A model generated the notes under the pieces. That model saw only the letters and a program-made list of their open reading frames with translations. It did not search any database and was not told the origin of the DNA. This document shows, in pieces, positions 61,908-64,000 of a stretch of DNA of 64,000 nt (the first letter of the stretch is position 1; each line of letters opens with the position of its first letter). This DNA comes from a virus (lineage: Duplodnaviria > Heunggongvirae > Uroviricota > Caudoviricetes). The position numbers and the translations under genes were made by a program. Location of the stretch: positions 1 through 64,000 of IMG/VR virus record IMGVR_UViG_3300001528_000192. One strand, given 5' to 3'.

Positions 61908-62630
61908 ATGGAATTTATAAAGAGTATTAATTATCAGGGAACAGGGCGTCCTATAGCTGCTGATTATGATGGAGCAGGTAATTTGATTAAGGATACTTAC
62001 GCTAAGCAGAAGGATGTAGATAAGTCAGTAGAAGATTTATCCAATGCCATAACTGCTGGAGGTGCTAATGCTGCTATAAGTCTTACTGAGACTTCATCTG
62101 CAACTTATGCTAAAGCTTATGTTATAAAATAGGGAAATAAAGAGGTTGGAACTATCAACATTCCAAAGGATATGGTCGTTAGTTCAGGTTCTCTTAAAAC
62201 TGTTACATCGGCAGATAATCCTTACACTGGAGCCAAGGTAGGAGATAAATACATTGACTTAGTTATCGCTAATGCTACTAGTGAGCACATTTACATTCCT
62301 GTATCGGATCTCATTGATACTTACTTAGCAGGGAACGGACTAACTCTAGAAGGTTCTACCTTCTCTATTAAGAAAGACACAACTAGTGAAAGTTATTTGA
62401 CTGTTGGCGCTGATGGAGTAAAGGTATCTGGAGTAGATAAGGCTTTAGAAGGTAAGGTTGACAAAGAGGATGGTAAGTCCTTGGTACTTACAACAGAAAT
62501 TACTAAATTAGCACAGCTAAATCTGCCAGACACAGAATTAAAAGAAAGTGAAAATACAGTTCAAAATAAGGCTGTTAAAGCAGCAATTGACGAGATAAAT
62601 ACTAAACTCACATGGACAATATTGGATTAA
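61908..62630 (+). CDS. TAG-recoded tail fiber protein
   Basis: Fragments 61908..62132 and 62172..62630 are joined by one TAG. It contains VSDLIDTYLAGNGLTLEGSTFSIKKD, the same module as in 57943... Confidence 0.5.
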
Positions 62631-64000
62631 TGAGTGAAACAGTAAATTTTATACAAGGCTCAAAGAAGAATTATGACTCCTCCACAATGCAAGGAGGAGT
62701 CTATTTCTCCAAAGACAGCAAGGAGATTCTTCTAAATGGAGAAAGTTATGGTAATGCAGTTCCTGCCGATGAGGAGGACTTAACTTCGGTTAATGGAGCA
62801 TTACAATTGAGAGATAGAGAAGTTAATGCTGACAACTTCTAGTCTAAAGGTTATGTAATTTTGAGGAAGAATATAGTAGATGGTAAAAATGTCCTTACTC
62901 AGGATATGATTAACCAGCCTAATACTATCTATGAGATTAGATATGATTTTGATTTGAACGGCGAAGAGATTACTATTCCAGAAGGATGTACACTAAAATT
63001 TGAGGGAGGTAAGATAAGAGATGGAGGGGTTACCTTTAACAAAACCTCTATATAGTCTTAGCCACTGTATATATTTGAAAACATAGAATGTAGCGGACAA
63101 ATATTAAATTTTATTCCAGTAGAGTTTTTCGGGACATTTCCAAATGATGCTACTAGTGTGGATTTAGCAACTTCGCTAACAAAAATCTATGGTGTAAGCA
63201 GTACTGCAAAATTAGGAATGGGTAGATATTATGCTAAAGAATGTTCCATTGAAATCAAAAATCTAATTGGTGCTGGTAAAAGTGCTACTATCGTGGAGTT
63301 TTCAAATATAAAAAATGATAGCACTGGATTTAGATTCGGAAAAACTACTGGAGGTTCTGGAAACAGAACTTGGAATAACTATATAGCTGACCTTCAAATA
63401 GAGATTACCAATAATGGGGCGCTTCAATCCTCTGCAATGGAGATTAATAACGTCACTAGAGCTACTATAGAAAGGGTGACATTAATTAACTACAATTATA
63501 GAAACAAAGAATATAGTGAGGAAGAATTAAAATCTCCAGAGTTATACAGCAACTATGCTTTAGTAATGAATGGTTCTTCCGAGCTTGTAGACATTTCTAA
63601 TTACACCTTTATAGCTGACATACCATTATTTACGAAGAAAAGTTGTGATCTTCTTTCATTTAGGAAGGGTTATATGGAATGCTCCTCTTATGGTTTTTCT
63701 GGCATATATGGAGTTCCATTAGGAACAAACTCAGAGATAAGTGGGGGTCTCGATATCTCTTAGGGGTTGCATGGGATGCATTTTACTCCTATTTCTCCAG
63801 ACTCTTTTAGAACAAAGTATTCTAATATCAGAATAGAGCAGTTGAGAAAAGGAGGTGCAAATATCTATGTAAATGCAGAAAACTCTGTGTTAAGTTTTAG
63901 CATGAAAGAGTTATCGTTAAGTGATAATACAAAAGGGTTCAAAATTGATGGAAACAGTTCCTGCAAGATATATCTAAGCAACATTATTTGCTTTAACAGT
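62612..64000 (+). CDS. TAG-recoded tailspike-like protein with beta-helix-type repeats, 3' end outside the window
   Basis: Fragments 62612.., 62861.. and 63158.. (frame 2) fuse via TAG. It has repetitive N-x-T/V-x-V-type beta-helix-like segments (ITNNGALQSSAMEINNVTRATIERVTLINYN). Confidence 0.45.

Noticed and set aside
1-64000. CRISPR arrays, rRNA genes, integrase or transposase genes, inverted terminal repeats
   Set aside because: No spaced direct repeats were found. There is no rRNA-like conserved sequence. No recombinase motif was recognised in the translated ORFs.

Overview
This window is a segment of a large AT-rich double-stranded DNA phage genome. By inference the host is a Bacteroidota bacterium: start codons are preceded by A-tracts rather than Shine-Dalgarno sequences, the encoded signal peptides have a Bacteroides style, and the architecture resembles crAss-like phages.

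Positions 1-40300 form a mostly minus-strand block of early and metabolic genes in the standard code. It encodes a partial NAMPT, RNase HI, an OmpA-like protein, a winged-helix regulator, two HNH endonucleases, an NfeD/flotillin pair, a predicted amidoligase/amidotransferase cluster, an AAA+ ATPase with a vWA partner, and a glucosaminidase. Interleaved with these genes is a large tRNA array of about 22 tRNAs, plus several truncated tRNA-like minihelix elements.

At 39764-39835 sits a tRNA whose anticodon is CUA, an amber suppressor. Its body resembles the neighbouring tRNA-Gln.

From that point on, the genes are saturated with in-frame TAG codons. This covers a minus-strand lysis-like cassette at 40395-43646 and the plus-strand module at 45371 to the window end. 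The plus-strand module encodes a large terminase, a portal-like protein, tail fiber proteins and a tailspike. A second minus-strand island at 4194-7423 is recoded in the same way. When TAG is read as Gln, every one of these genes becomes one long coherent reading frame. One example is the NlpC/P60 signature: the two consecutive TAG codons sit where other family members have Gln-Gln.

At least one early gene (1293..1751) still terminates at TAG. This is consistent with a temporal code switch, with standard decoding early and TAG read as Gln late, mediated by the phage's own suppressor tRNA.

All coordinates were derived by eye and may be off by a few nucleotides.
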